Below, piece by piece: positions 13,816-28,203 of a stretch of DNA of 64,000 nt. The stretch lies in the NCBI GenBank assembly GCA_013239625.1, contig MU054187.1, positions 8,885,231 to 8,949,230 of the forward strand, in the 5' to 3' direction. The notes under the pieces are model-generated. The model was not told the DNA's origin and ran no database searches. It saw only the letters and a program-made list of their open reading frames with translations. A program made the translations under genes and the position numbers. This DNA comes from Lama guanicoe (lineage: Eukaryota). How positions within the stretch are numbered: position 1 is the first letter of the stretch; every line of letters starts with the position of its first letter.

Positions 13816-15069
13816 ACAGAATTACCATCATCATCACCACCATCAACATGATCTCTGTCTTTTATATTTTAGCTAAAACATTTTCTACAGCCCTTAAAAC
13901 AGCCCAGGGTTCCATAAATTTTTGGCAGTGCTCTCTGGGCAGCCTACTTCCAAGACCCAATATCTGACCTATGCAGTCTGACAGCAGAGCTCATGGGATA
14001 TTGATAAATCTTTTCTGGCTCAGAACAGTTTTCACAGGATAAGGTTAGACTTTTTAATGTCTATCATTTACTGAATAATTAAAGTCATTATTTGCAATTG
14101 CTCTTGGGCATGCAAATGTAGAAAATCCTCTTAGACAGATCATCTGATATAACTTACTTGCTGTAAATCACACTTGTAGCAAGAAGCTCCTTACACGTTG
14201 TGCATGCTCTGAAGTGCTTGTTGATCGACTAAGTGGTATCTTTTTTCAGTCTCAAGTTTCTTAGTTGTTTCCTAAAATTTCTGCTCACCTGCTGCTTTTT
14301 TGTCAATGAAACATTATTGGTCATTTTGATTAATCAACAGAACACATCTACTTTTCCAGCTGCAGTTTCCTCCACATCAGGAGACAGCTAGCTTCATTCA
14401 CAGCAGCATGGACTTGGCTCTTGTAAGTGGAGCTAAGATAATGCACCCATGTTAGCTGGCTTCAAAGGCAAGTTTGAGTATTGGTCATTAAATACAGATT
14501 TGTAAGTTACACAGCTAGTTCTTCCTAAGGAAAAGTACGGTTTAAAGCAAATTTTGAAAGAAAAAAATATAAAAACCTCAGCTCCAAATAGAAACATGCA
14601 GCCTTCTAATACACTCTCCAAAAATTCTCTAAAATCTTCCCAAATAAATATTACTTTGCATTTATAATATCTTCTCTTTTGTCCAACATATCTAAGTACA
14701 CATTGAAGTACCATGCTTGTGTTGAAGCCACACAAAATGTTAAAAATCATAGGCTTGCTTTACATTTAGCTAAATCTATAGCTTAGTAAGCAATTATGTT
14801 TTATTTTGCTACATCTTTTTCCAAAAGCAAAGTAAGGTGCTTCATAAACACATGTACAAAAAATTGCTTATAGTGAGATTAAACAAAAATACAGAGAATG
14901 GGGGAAAAAATAAAACCAAAGGGTAAAGTTGAAAAAAAAAAAGGCAATAAATGCTATGAAATTCTAAACACTTTCTGAAGATTTGCCACAAACTTTGCTC
15001 TGAGCTTCCTGGCAACCAGTTCAAAAAAAGAAACATAATCATTCACATAATTTATAAAGCCCATGACCA

Positions 15070-15423
15070 CTCCCAAACTCATTCTATGAAGCTATCATCA
15101 CTCTGATACCAAAACCAGGCAAAGACACTACCAAAAAAAGACTATTACAGACCAATATCACTGATGAACATAGATGCAAAAATCCTTACCACAATATCAG
15201 CAAATACAATCCAACAGCACATTAAAAAGATTATACATCATGATCAAGTGGGGTTCATCCCAGGGACACAAGGATGGTTCAACATATGCAAATCAATCAA
15301 CGTAATACATCACATCAACAAGAGAAAGGACAAAAACCACATGATCATCTCAACAGATGCAGAAAAAGCATTTGATAAAATTCAACACTCATTTAAGATA
15401 AAAACTCTCACCCAAGTGGGTAC
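15070..15423 (+). mobile_element. Internal L1 ORF2 (RT region) fragment flanked by a 14-bp TSD, without 3' UTR or poly(A)
   Basis: Translation MNIDAKIL...[30 protein letters not shown]...[11 protein letters not shown] is L1 ORF2p RT. AAAGCCCATGACCA occurs at 15056-15069 and 15424-15437. Confidence 0.93.
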
Positions 15424-15689
15424 AAAGCCCATGACCAAAACATTGTGACTAATGCTCACATCAATATCCTTACACTAAATATAATAAATTTCACAGGGCT
15501 ATTTTAACAACCATCAATATAAAAAAAATTTTTAAAGATTCAACAGGACAAATGTCAAAAATGAAAGGTCATATTACTTCCTAATGAGTCTGTAGAATCT
15601 CTTGGGCAAGACCAAGATTACAATATTGTTATTTGTGGGGGTGGGTAAAACTGGATTAATAAAAGCTTCCTACAGGAAGCAGCAACACC

Positions 15690-16810
15690 GCAACAGTAGT
15701 GAGCACACCTAGCACCCAGCTCTTCATTGCTAAGCGCTCTTTTCCACTAAAAGGAGCCCAGGGTTCCTTGCAGAAATGACGGATTCCAGGGCAGGGGCAG
15801 GGAAAACACAAGATGACATAGATGCAAAAATCTGGAGCATCTTGTTGTGTCAGATGGTAAGGAATTGCTTAAAGAGTGACGGGCACAGACCAAAAAGACA
15901 CAAGCCAGCTTAAAGGGGCTACTACTAATCAAATCTGAGACCTGTGAATATCAGAACAAATAATGACAGCAATAGATTATAACCCATTAAATGAAAAAAG
16001 AATCCATGAGGGAGGCGACTGGTGCACCTAAAGAAGGAAAGAAATGGGAAGAGGAAAAGTCTTTTCCTTACGATGGACTGCCACCTGATGAATGTAGGAG
16101 GGGTTATGGGAGCAGAAAGTCACCATTTGGTAACCATGGTCATAATAATTAACTCAGCCAAGAAACATCGATGGATATGCTAAAACTAGTGGGTAAAAAG
16201 TCTGATGAGGAATGAAATATTTGGTCTCAAAGTACCTCCCCACAAAATACTTCCTGATTACAAAGGGGATAAAGGAGTAACTTTGATAGACCTGACAGTG
16301 TTTTAATCAAGGGATTCAGGTCAACATCACCAACAATGAGACAAATAAAATTGTGTATCAATAGGATGTGGAGAGAACACAGAATCAATTCTGTGATATT
16401 CCTCACCAAAAAAAACAGTTTAGCCTGAATCTAATTAGGAGTAATTATCAGACAAACACAGATTAATGGATACAGTCTACAAACTAACTGGCCTATAATC
16501 TTCACAAGTATCAAGAGCACAAAACTCAAGAGAGTTCGGACTGAAGGAATCTATAAAGACATAACCATTAGATGCAACACATGGCCCTGGACTGAATCCC
16601 TTCACTGTAAAGAATGGCAGACCTGAATGCGTCTGAGTTCCACGGCTGTAATGTACCATCTATGGTAACGGGGGTCAGGTAACACACACTACGTTCGGGG
16701 TATTGGAGCATCATGTCAGCAACTTGCTTTCAAATGGTTCAAAAAAACTATTTGTACTACTACTCTTGCAACTTTTCAGTAAGTTTGAAATTATTTCAAT
16801 TTTTAAAAAT
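15690..16810 (+). mobile_element. L1MC/L1MD-like 3' UTR
   Basis: GTGAGCACACCTAGCACCCAG...TTCCACTAAAAGGAGCCCAGGGTTCCTTG...; ends CTTGCAACTTTTCAGTAAGTTTGAAATTATTTCAA. Confidence 0.75.
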
Positions 16811-19800
16811 AATCATTATTTATGATGAGAACAGTAAACACTGTCTATTTTTAAACTCTATTCATAAAGCTGTTGTGACAATTTAATGAGTTAACAACCT
16901 ACAAAGCATTTAGCACAAAGCCTGGTAGAGGGTAAGACCTGAAATAGCTATATATAGCACAATATATTACAGTATTAAATCACACACACACACACATTCC
17001 TATCCCCCTGGCAAGTGAGTATCATCAGGAGAGTCAAATGACAGGACTCAGTCCGATGGTGGAAACTGCCCTGCCATGAAGCAAATGTTAGTACCAGATG
17101 ACCTTGAGGCACCATTTGTACTTAATTATGTCTGGTCCCATAGTGCTAATTACCATATTTCCTCAGCCCTTTCATAAGCATCCTCCTGATTAAAAATCAT
17201 TTATTAGGCACAGTACAACGTATACCACCCCACTAAAGCGTTATAAAGGCTTGATTAAACACTCCATTTTTCCCAGGCTCCTCTTGTACCCTTAGCCACT
17301 CGCACTTTGTAAATGAAGACACTGAGCAGAACAGTCTCACCCAAGGACATCAAGCAGGTGGATGGCAGAGATGGGAACAAACACCCAGAGACTCACTGAC
17401 CTTGCTTCCTCTCTGGTTCCAAAGGACCAGCTAAACTTACCAAATGTGAGGACAAGCTCCAAGTCAGCCAAGTTTTAACAATAATAGGAAGCCTACTTCA
17501 ATGTGTCCCTTTTCAACTTCAACTTTGCATCTAGCTTTCTATCCAAAAATATTGTCCCTTGGGCTTCATGCAGCATTTCAAAATAATTTTATAAGATTTC
17601 TTCTGTACAGAAAGCAAAGTTCCTTTATTTTGAAAACTGTCATCGTAAAAAAAAAAGGGGGGTGGGGAGAAAAGGAAAAGAAAGAAAAATGCCAACTGCT
17701 CAGACCCGGTATCTAATTCTCCTCACTCTGCCTCATTCCTGGCGCACACAGCTCGCTTTGACATCGAGGGGCGTTCTGCCAGCAGAGAGCCACATGGACT
17801 GCCGAAGGGAATCGGAACCTGACCCTCTATCTCCCACTCCTCCCCCTTCTCCTGGGCCCCACTGCCAGCTTTACAAACAGTTAATTGCCTTTTCATACAA
17901 AGAGTTTGACAGCCACTTTCCCACAAACGACACTAAAATCCTACCCCCTGGATGGTTCACAGGAAAAAAAACTGTTTCCATTTTTAGGAGAGCATAAGAC
18001 CTGGCCCATTTTATTTAGAAATTAATACTAATTCTGAGTGCTCTCTTTTCTCTGTTCTGGAAGAGCAGTGAAGCAGCCCTAACATGAAGAATCTACTACT
18101 GTGCATGCCAGGACAAAAACAGATGGACCAAAAAAGTTTAGATGGATGAATCTGAAAAATTGGATGACCTTTCTTATGCCCCCAAAAGTTATAAAAAATT
18201 AGACGACCGAAACTTCCATTTGCCAGCAAGATTCTCTCCAATTTAGAAATTTCATCGTGTGGATTCAGGGCCAGGAGTAAAAGCTCACCGCATTCTCTGG
18301 ACAGCCAGAGGTCACTTCCTAGCCACTGGTCTCCCTACATGAAAAGTCGAGAGAACTGTTCTGTTCATAAACTACTACCTCCTCAACCCAATAAAAATAA
18401 GGACAGTTAAGAAACTCAACTCCTGGTACAGGACATCCTGAGACTCCTGAAGCCAGGCTCGGGCAATAGAATGCGTGCCTTTGATTAGAACACAATTCAA
18501 ATGCAACCAAGAACTGACCCATCTCTCAGGCAGACCAGCTAACTTCAGGCTGCTGCCTGTTCCCAGCTGAAGCTACTCCCCTCACAGATGTACCCATAAT
18601 CGGAACTGATGTAATACATTGCAGATTTATAGAATGTAATTGGATCAGTGTAAATCCAGTACCAGTGACCAAAGCCATGTAAAACATCTGCTGTACCCAA
18701 GATGGATCAGTAGCATATAACCATGTATGCGTTTGGGGCACAGATATATTATGGGAAACGTTTACTTCACAGACGTTCTGAATAATTCCCAGGCAAGGTA
18801 TAAACTGTACTGTTGTGAATGCAAAATATTATTTATAAATGAAGAATGGTGAGCTGGAGGCACCCAAGGTTCACCCAAAGTCAGCTCTGTTCTGCTTTTG
18901 GAATATGGGTGGATTACCCTTCCCTACCAGCCTGTACTTATATGGGGCAATGAGAGCAGTTCTAGCCAATGAGCTATGGGACATGTCATTGCTGGAGTGA
19001 CACGCTCCATCCTACGCTTTCTCAGCTATGGCTGAGAAATCCTGAAATATCATACCAACTGGTAGAATCACAAGAGAAGTGAAACAAAACTGAGAATAGA
19101 GCCCCTCACCCACCCCATGAGCAACCTTTTTTTCTTCTACTGAGGCTTGGGGGAATCTGTTACTGCTACACACTTTGCCTATTTCTAAGTATCTAACTTG
19201 CATGCTATTCCCTAGTCTGGCAGAAAAAATGGTGCAGGGCATGTCAGATGCCTGAAAGAAGGAAGAGGTGAATGTCAGTCCTTATATGAGAACCCAGCGG
19301 CCACGTCACGCACAAGGAACGGCATCACCCAAGTGTACTCACATGGGAAGTCTCTGAAGGCATGGGGCACAGGAGAGTTAAGAGTCAGCTGTGCAGACAG
19401 AGAGCAGAAAGAAAAGGCAATTCAACATCTAGGGAGGAAATCTGAGTCTTAAGTCAAGTACTATCAATGTAGTTAGGCACCACATTGTAGTTAGATGATT
19501 CTGTGAGAGTTGACCAGTGTTCACTGCTGTTTCTGGTGGCTTATATTGGCCCCAGGTACACACAGGGGCTCTCCCTCTCTCATTCTGTGCTATCCTAAAA
19601 AGCGCCACGTGAACTGTGACAAAAGAATAACTCTCAAATCTTTTTAATTAAGATCTCTTGGCATCTACCTAATCCTATTTTTTATTTGTTTTATTTTATT
19701 TATGTTTTCCAAAATAGCATCCAGACAGAAACCCTTAACAATCTCTTTGGACTTTGTTGAGCTTCCTTCCAAAACAATTGCCCCAAACACTAACTGTCAT

Positions 19801-20889
19801 CCCCAACCATTCACTTCATCCACTCTCCAACTGTAAACAGATACCGTGTGCATAAGCAAGAGTCAGAGAATCATGGTATTTTTTAATCTTAAGGGAAACT
19901 TAGAGATTAACATTCACCACCACCCCCTCACCAAAAAAAAAAAAAAAACTGGGCAAGAAACAACAGCCAAATTTAAGGGAAAAAAAAAGTTTCCCAATCT
20001 ATAGCTCTTGTCTGTCCTTCCCTACCAGAAACTTCATACAATGAATAAAATAAAAAAGAATCTGAGTGGCCACTGTACATTAATCTAAACATATCAGAAA
20101 AATATCCCACTAATAATTAAATCAGAACACAAGCTGTTGGTATCCCTTAGGTTTTTTTTTTTTATTAATAGCAAGATGTTATCATTTGCTCACAGTCTTC
20201 AGCTTATTAGGAAATTTGGACTGTAATTTTGGATCCTGTGTCGAAAGAACTAATTAAATGATAAATGTCACTTTTTCTCCCAACTTACACAACCAGAATT
20301 TTGAATAACATATTTATCTATTGTGCCAAATCAAGAGAGAAAACATTACTCTTCTGGTCTTTAGAGGACCAAAAGGGACTCATCAAAAGTGATTAATATA
20401 TAAATAAATGAGATTTTTTTCTGTTTACTAGGATTTTAAATTTTTGCTTTTTTGCAAAAGGCAAAGGCATCCATGATTCTCTAAGCACATCACAAACATG
20501 AATCTACTATTCTGATAAAATCCTAAGCGGCTTTAAAATCATCATTAGCTCCATTTACAAATAAGGTTCAAAGAGGCAAATTTTTGTATCAAGCTTGCCT
20601 TACCTGAGTAAGAAGCAATAGGAAAACCTGGTCTGGACTCCACACGAAGTTTTTGTTTTTACTTGAAAGTTGTATTTTAGCTACAGAGTTCAACATTTTA
20701 GTTCCTTCCTGCCTTCTCCCTACTTCCTACCAAGAAGAAGAAAGAAGAGGAGAAGGAAGGGGAGAGAGAGAGAGGGAGAACAAAAGAGGAGAAGGGGAGG
20801 GGAGACGGGCAAGGAAGAAGAGGAAGGAATATATACCAACAAATCCAGCCATCAGGAGAAACTGGCTGTTTAACAAGTCAACATACACT

Positions 20890-21693
20890 CACAATGTATT
20901 AATGACTTAAATATAAGACCTGAAACCATATAACTCCTAGGAAAAAAACATAGTGGGTAAAATCCTTGACATGGGTCTTAGCAATGATTTTTTGGATTTG
21001 ACACCAAAAGCAAAGGCAACAAAACCAAAGACACATACGCACACACACACACACACACAAAGTGGGACTACACAGAACTAAAGAGTTCAGGGTAGCAAAC
21101 GAAACTATCAACAAAATGAAAAAAGTAACCTATGGAATAGGAGGAAAATATTTATAAACCACACACCCAATAAGAGGTTAATATCTAAAATATACCATGA
21201 ATTCATGTAGTCCAAAAGCAAAACAAACAGTTAAACAATGGGTAATGGACCTGAATAGACATTTTTATGAAGAAAACAACAGACATTTTTATGAAGACAA
21301 CATACAAATGGCCAACAGATACATGAAAAGCTCAACATTACTAATCATCAGGGAAATGCAAACCAAAACCACAATGAAGTATCAGCTCAAACCTGCTAGG
21401 ATGTCTATTATCAAAAAGACAAGAGATAACAAATGCTGGTGAGGAGATGGAGAAAAAGGAAGTACATTGTTGGTAGGAATTTAAACTGGTACAGCCACTA
21501 TGGAAAACAGTATTGAGTTTCCTCAAAAAAATTAAAAATAGAACTACTATATGATCCAGCAATTCCAAGGCTGAGAATATATCCAAAGGAAACAGAAACA
21601 ACTTTCTCAAGGAGATCTGTTCATTGTAGTATTATTTACAATAGCCAAAGCTTAGACACAAATCAAGTGGATGAATGGATACAGAAAATGTGG

Positions 21694-21739
<46 letters not shown>

Positions 21740-22250
21740 GAATATTATTCAGTCATTAAAAATAAAGAATTCCTGCCATTTGCAACAACATGGATGAACC
21801 TGGAGGGCATTACAATAGATGAAATAAGCCAGACAGAGAAAGACAAATACTACATGACATCACTTATATGTGGAGTCTTACAAAAAAAAAGGTCAAATTC
21901 ATTGAAATAGAAGAATGGTGGTTGCCAGGGGTTGGGGTTGAGGGAAATAGGGGAGGTTGGGAAAAAGGTATGAATTCTCAGTAAGATGACTCATGTCTGA
22001 GGATCTATGTAAAACATGGTGACTATAGTTGATACCACTGTGTTGTATCATTGAAATTTGCTAAGAGAGTAGAACTTAACTATTCTCACACACACAAAAA
22101 AGTAAATATATGAGGTGACAGATATGTTAATTAACTTGATAGTAATAATCCTTTCATAATGTATACATATATCAAATCATCATGTTTTACACTTGAACTA
22201 TATAATAGTTGTATTTGTTGATTAGACCTCAATAAGGCTGAAAATAAAGA
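20890..22250 (+). mobile_element. L1MA9-like ORF2 end and 3' UTR, containing (CA)n at about 21698-21736 and a 24-bp internal duplication at 21254-21301
   Basis: GACTTAAATATAAGACCTGAAACCATA, TTTGCAACAACATGGATGAACCTGGAGGGCATT, and 3' end GAGGTGACAGATATGTTAATTAACTTGAT...CCTCAATAAGGCTG. Confidence 0.9.
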
Positions 22251-23560
22251 TAAAGAGCATTTTCTACATCCTAATAATACCTTTAAATTACTTGAAAATT
22301 TTGCCTAAAGAATGTTAGATGGCAGAAATGGTATTCATATGCTCAACCATGAGTTGGAGAGACTGTACGGGAGATAGAGTAAGTGATTAAAAATGGGGAA
22401 GTACAAGGGTTGAAAATGCAGGTCTGGAAATCAATAAGACCTGCCACTTGATATATTTGACATTTGTCAAACACACCTCCCCTGCAGTCCCTTCACTTGT
22501 ACCATGAGAATAATACCATATCTGTAGGTGAATTAAATGAGTTAACGCATGCAAAGACTCACAAAGTGCCAGGCAGTCACATAATAAGTTAAAAACTCAA
22601 CACACAGCAGGTATCAATATTAAGAATTAATCATTTTAATATTCTGCTGATTTTTTGGGCCAAAACATCTTCCTTCTTACTGACTGCTACATTTTCATGT
22701 GATAACGACCTCAAGGGAGAGTGACAGTATTTTCTTTTTTTTTTGACAATATTTTCATCCCTACCATTCTGATTTAGCTGCTGAAGGAAACTATTTCATT
22801 TGAACTACTGTATCAGTATCAAATCCCATTTTAAAAGCAATTGTTAAGAATTCTGAGAATAAACTTACACTGTCTTTGATCAAATAAGCTGCTGTAATCA
22901 GAATGGATGTTCTGCAATGATCAAGCCATTTATTTTTCAGAGCTTCCAATTTTTTGAAGCCTAAAATGGTTTAGTTCTGTCCACCAAGCAATTAATATGT
23001 TCTACTAAACAAATCAGAGCTGGAGAACCAAATTAACACCTTTCAAGAGTGATATATCAGCGCAGCTTCTACAGAATGCTTTATGACCCTTCCACCTAAT
23101 TTAATGGATAAATTCTAAGCATCAGAATGCCCCAGCATGGCCTGAATTCTTTCAGAGGCAAGGAAATATACATTTTATGAAGTGCAACTTAGTAGAAAAA
23201 TTTAAAACTCCTCTACTATCTATGAAATTCTACTTTCAAACCCTTTACCTTAACCCCCAAACTAGGAGTTCATTCATTAACCCACTCAATTCAGTTAAAC
23301 TGAAAGATGTTTTGTGTAAATGGATAAGAGTTGAAACAAAGGCACACCAGATCTATTTCTAGCCTCATGTGACTGACAGATCATGTCCCAAAGTGGTAGA
23401 CCACTCAGATGTAATTACCCCATCCTGGTATTCACTTTGGGGCAACTGATCAGCCTTTCTGCACATCCGGTTGAACTGTACATCACAGCGCAAAAACTTC
23501 AGCCACATTCCAACCAGAGTAAAGCATGTAGACCTCCTATTACTTTCTCCTATACCCCTC

Positions 23561-23750
23561 TGTGAGATAACAGAAAATATGCATATTGGTCTTTGCCTGA
23601 GGTTCCTGGACAGACTCCTAAAACCTCTGATAAGAACACCAAGAGCATCTTTTATTCTAATGAGGTGACTCTGGGTGGGCACCTGGGTGGGAGCTGGTCA
23701 CCGGAGATTAGAAGCCATGATTAGAAGCTTGGGGTTTTCAGTTCTGCCCC
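23561..23750 (+). mobile_element. MER21-like LTR fragment
   Basis: TGTGAGATAA...ATATTGGTCTTTGCC...TTCCTGG...CTCCTAAAACC...CTAATGAGGTGACT...GCTGGTCACC...CCATGATTAGAAGCTTGG. Confidence 0.7.
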
Positions 23751-25303
23751 TGACTTATCTGAGACGTCACACTCACTCACACACACACCCACCATAAAAT
23801 AGCTTGTGATATCCAGGAAAATAGAGTAAGCTCATCCCAGGAAGTCCCTTGGAGTTCTAAGCTACATTGTAATGTTTTAAACACTCTCAGGAGGCATAAG
23901 AATGATACAAATTTCAAAATTTAGTGAGTAGGTATTGGAATGACACTGGTCTCAGTTTACATCCAGCTCTGACCTCAGAAAAGTTTAGACTAACTGTTTC
24001 TCAACTGTGTTACCTGCAAAATGGGAATGATATAGACCTACTTATGTTCCTGGGTTGAGCCAAAGTTGCATAAAGGGCTTAGTACTTTCCTGAGCACATA
24101 ACATCCAACCAGTGGACACTTCTGTGATGATGAGAAGGATATATTTTAACATAATTCTGATGCTCAAAGAGTTCAAATACTCTTCTTTGTTAGTTCTTCC
24201 ATGCCACCTATAAATCAAATATACAATCAGCAAAAATAGGAACCTCACTCTGAGAGAATCAGAATTCATTCACTTTAAATGCATTACGTTGCACTGGGCC
24301 TGAGGAAGTCCTAGCATATAGTAAATCAATCTAATAAACAGTATTATCTACTAATATTATAGAAATAACATTGTCACAGAGATAATGCAGTAACAAGAGG
24401 TAAAATGATAGCTCTTCCATTCGATAACTATGAAGACAAATGCTAAAAGGAAGAAGGAAGTGTTCTACTAAGATCTACCACTAACAGACACTGTCATGAA
24501 ACTTTATATTATTTTATTAACACAACAACCCAATGAGGAATATATCATCCCATTTTACAAATGAGAAAACTAAGGTCTAGAAGTGTTAAGTAGCTTTCTT
24601 GAGGTTACTCAGGAAGGGGAGAAACTGGAACCTAAATACAGACTCATCTGCCACAAAAAGTCTGTTTTCTCCACCTCAGCCTTATGGTGGCCCCACCAGG
24701 TACCAAGCCAAATTACTATATCTGAGACTGGTATTCCAGGAAGCTGTATTAATACAAACTTGACTACCCCTTTCTATAAAAGAAAACAAACTGAATACAA
24801 AACACAGCACAAAAATGGTTTCACCTAGAACCCAATATAAACTCAAAGACCAAGCATTTTTAAGCTACACCAGGCAGGCACCTATAAAAAGGTAAATAAA
24901 AAATTTTATTCTTTTTGCAAACAAAACAGAAATTATAGAAACAAAGCAGAGTAATAGAAAACATGAAATTTTGCCCACTGCTGGAAAACTGGCACAACCA
25001 GTGCTTATGTTAAAATTTGAGACAGACTATGTGGTAAACAAGGGCAGAAGATCTATGATTCTATATTCAATCATGTTAAATTAGGTATCTGTAGATATTG
25101 GGCATTATACATATATATGTATGTACATATTGTTAAAATTTTCTGCTGGATTTATCTAACTTACAATTCTGTAAACACGTTTACAAATATATTTATAATG
25201 AAATCATTTACCCTGCCACTACAAATAGAACATTTTGGGAATTTCATTTCTTAAAATTAAGCTGCTTCATTAATTTATCCTTTCCTCCTTCCTTTATCTC
25301 TTT

Positions 25304-25415
25304 CTTTAAGTTTTTAAAATTTTATTGAAGTATAGTTGGTGTACAGCATTATATAAGTGTATAATATAGTGACTCACAATTTTTAAAGGTTCTATTTCAT
25401 TTATAGTTATTATAA
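25304..25415 (-). mobile_element. Very short L1 3'-end insertion with TSD
   Basis: TTTATTGAAGTATAGTTG reverse L1 end. TSD CTTCCTTTA(T/C)CTCTTT at 25288-25303 and 25416-25431. Confidence 0.8.
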
Positions 25416-26541
25416 CTTCCTTTACCTCTTTACCACATATCTACTGTGTGGACAGTTTGGCAATAACCATAGAATGAATATGAGAAAAACACACAGTATT
25501 ATAACCAAGGCTTTTCTTAGGACAAACCTATAAGTAAGAAATGAAACGCATGTGATATGTTGAGATGTGATATGTAGAGGAGGCTTTTAAAGAGTCAGCC
25601 TATCAGCCTTTTCAGACACACCCAGTCTTATAACCAAAATCCCCATAAGAACCATTCATTCAGTGACTATTTATTGAGTGACTACAATTTGCTTGGCACT
25701 AGGCTAGACTCTAGTGCCCACCTCACAGTAAATCAGAGGCTTGTTGCGAGAGATGTAGTAAACCAACAATTACAGAACCATCTGATCAGGGCTGGGACTG
25801 TAGCAGGCACAAGACGCAGTGGCTATGGAAGTGTGTTCGCCTTTGAAGACAAAGGACAGTCTTATTCTGAGGTATTAACATGTCACATATAAATATTTGC
25901 TGGAAGTACCGATCATAAGGGGTCATGTTGAGATCCGGCAAAAGCTATTTTTAATTTCACTTATTCCACAAGATACACTGAGATAATTTTTCTAGTACTG
26001 CATCTTAACGTACCTTTATTTATCAAGTCCTTATCAGCTCCAAGCTGCAAATCACCACCATTCCTGTGCCTTGCAATCTCAACTCTTCTTGCACCTTCAG
26101 TTTCCAAACCAACATGGACTTTGTCATCTAGCTTCCAGTTTGGGGTGAAGGTCATCACCTGGTCATTCATATTGCTGTGTTCTCAATATAATAGAGACAT
26201 ATGGCTAATGTGTCCTTAATTGTGTTATTTTGCTGTGCTCTGGTGCTATCGCATCTCCTGAATTTTCTTCAGCCAATTACTGTCAAGTGCATTTAGTTTT
26301 TTTTATTTCATGTTAGCCCACTGCCAATAGTCTCACCTCCATAGGGCTGATATTCTGCAGGAGAAATGCTGGATTTTTATCCTAATACAGAGAATCATTC
26401 AGTGACAGTTTCTTCAAAGTGAAGCTAATCTATTCAGGAAGGCTCAGACAGCCATTGTAAGAGCTGGTTTCTTTTAGCCTTTCAGTGTACGTCCATTTTC
26501 CTTATTCAGTATGTCACGGTTCCCATGTTCCACTCACTTAC

Positions 26542-26562
26542 ATGATAATGTGAAGCAGTAGT
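26542..26562 (-). other. Candidate 21-nt microexon
   Basis: Minus strand ttctacctattttctcag|ACTACTGCTTCACATTATCAT|gtaagtgag. Confidence 0.35.
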
Positions 26563-27251
26563 CTGAGAAAATAGGTAGAATTATTCTAAGTGTCGACAAC
26601 GAATGGCAGAGCCCACAGACAGGGCCATTTACTCATTGCGTCAGCAATCAAAAACATGACTGAGATCTTAAGAGAAAGATTTGAAGGCATAAGTGAAAGA
26701 TCCAAATCTCTCTACTCCTGTGAAATAAAATGTTTTTCCTCTAAATGTACTGTGTTTACTATAGTTTCAATAGTTTTCTGTTCTTCCTCAGAAAATGATG
26801 TAAGAATCATTTATAACACCATTGGTTTACAATTCAATTGAAATACTTCATACAGAAGCTGGAAAACACCGTGATTATACTTAGTGTACAGGATGCTTTT
26901 CTGATTTCTTACATTACAGTTTCTTTGTTTTCTTTTTACCATAGAAACAGAGCAGTTTACTTCCTCCCTCCAGGATAAAATTTAAATTTCTTTATGTTCC
27001 TTTAATTTTTTTAAATGCATTGTTTCCATGAGTTTTAAGAGTTGGTTTCAAGATGGAATGTGCAATTTGCATCTTTTAGGTTAGATTACATCTACATGCA
27101 TATCCTAAATCTACTACAAAGTGAAACATTTTTAAAAACTCGATATAACAGCTTAGTCCAGATCATGATTTTCATAATTTTTGCTATTCAGGGAAAAGAT
27201 TAACATTTTTTTTTAAACAGCACAATGTTTCATCGTGAAATCTGCAGTGCA

Positions 27252-27330
27252 TGGATACCAAATTTCCCCACAAAGATTTTTCAAAGATATGTGGGCACCA
27301 AATTTCTCCACAAAGATTTTCAAGAGGATA
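27252..27330. repeat. Direct tandem duplication, period 40 bp
   Basis: ACCAAATTTC(C/T)CCACAAAGATTTT occurs twice. Confidence 0.85.
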
Positions 27331-28078
27331 TTAGCAGTGGACTTAGGATGCTGGGTGGCAGCTGGTCTAACATGACAGGCATGAATAAATGTGCCAACAA
27401 AGCCCTTATGGTTTATTGGGTAATTATGGGAAGTGACATTGGTGCCAGCCAATCGGATTCCTGGGCAGCTACTTCTAAACCCACTTACTCTTAAAGTAGA
27501 TCGTTAAAAATGCACTTCGGTGGAGAAGCTTTGCTCCTACTCGATATAAATAGTCTATTTGCAAAGTTAGTCATTTGGTCAAAATGCAGCACATCAGTGA
27601 TGGTACAGTGAACAGTCACCTCTCTATTATTACACAAACATCTTCCATTAGAGGCATTTCAGAGTGAAGCTTTCAAACACAAGAGGAACGAATGGGCCTT
27701 CAATGGGCATGTGCCATCATTCCCAACCATAAAACCACATATTGACACACAAAAGCGAGTTCCTTCCATTTCTGAAATGTAACTCTAGAGCTTATGTGCA
27801 CAGTTCAAACTGAATCATATTTTTTAAAATGCCAAACAGAGGATGCTTTTTTTTTTTACTTGAAAAGAAATCTTAATTCCTGGAAACTGGTAAATTCCAT
27901 CTCCTCCTGCCACACCACTCAACAAAGACGGGGTAACTAAAAAGCTTTCCAAAAAGTGCTCAGGAAGATCCAAACCCTATTTTTAATGACGTGGAAGTAA
28001 CTATTCCTAAATAAACAAGCTCTCATTACTCAAAATTTCAAAAGTCAAGTTGGCTCCAAATAGCACTTGGGGAGAAAG

Positions 28079-28203
28079 GGGGAGGGTATAGCTCAGTGGA
28101 AGAGTGCATGTTTAGCATGCATGAGATCCTGGGTTAATACCCAGTACCTCCATTATAAATATATAAATAAATCTAATTACCTACCCCACTTAAAAAAAAA
28201 AAA
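28079..28203 (+). mobile_element. Camelid tRNA-derived SINE (vic-1 type)
   Basis: GGGGAGGGTATAGCTCAGTGG (A box)...GCATGCATGAGATCCTGGGTTAATACCCAG (degenerate B box)...CTAATTACCT...poly(A). Confidence 0.88.

Noticed and set aside
17662..18850. Possible processed pseudogene (ORF containing MDCRRESEPDPLSP...LPPGW)
   Set aside because: All three plus-strand frames have many stops, I recognise no parent protein, and I see no poly(A)/TSD. It is probably ordinary unique sequence; BLASTX would settle it.
28079..28160. tRNA gene call for the SINE heads (also at 35278 and 58145)
   Set aside because: They carry SINE tails and poly(A), two have clear TSDs, and none has an intact cloverleaf. They are tRNA-derived SINEs.
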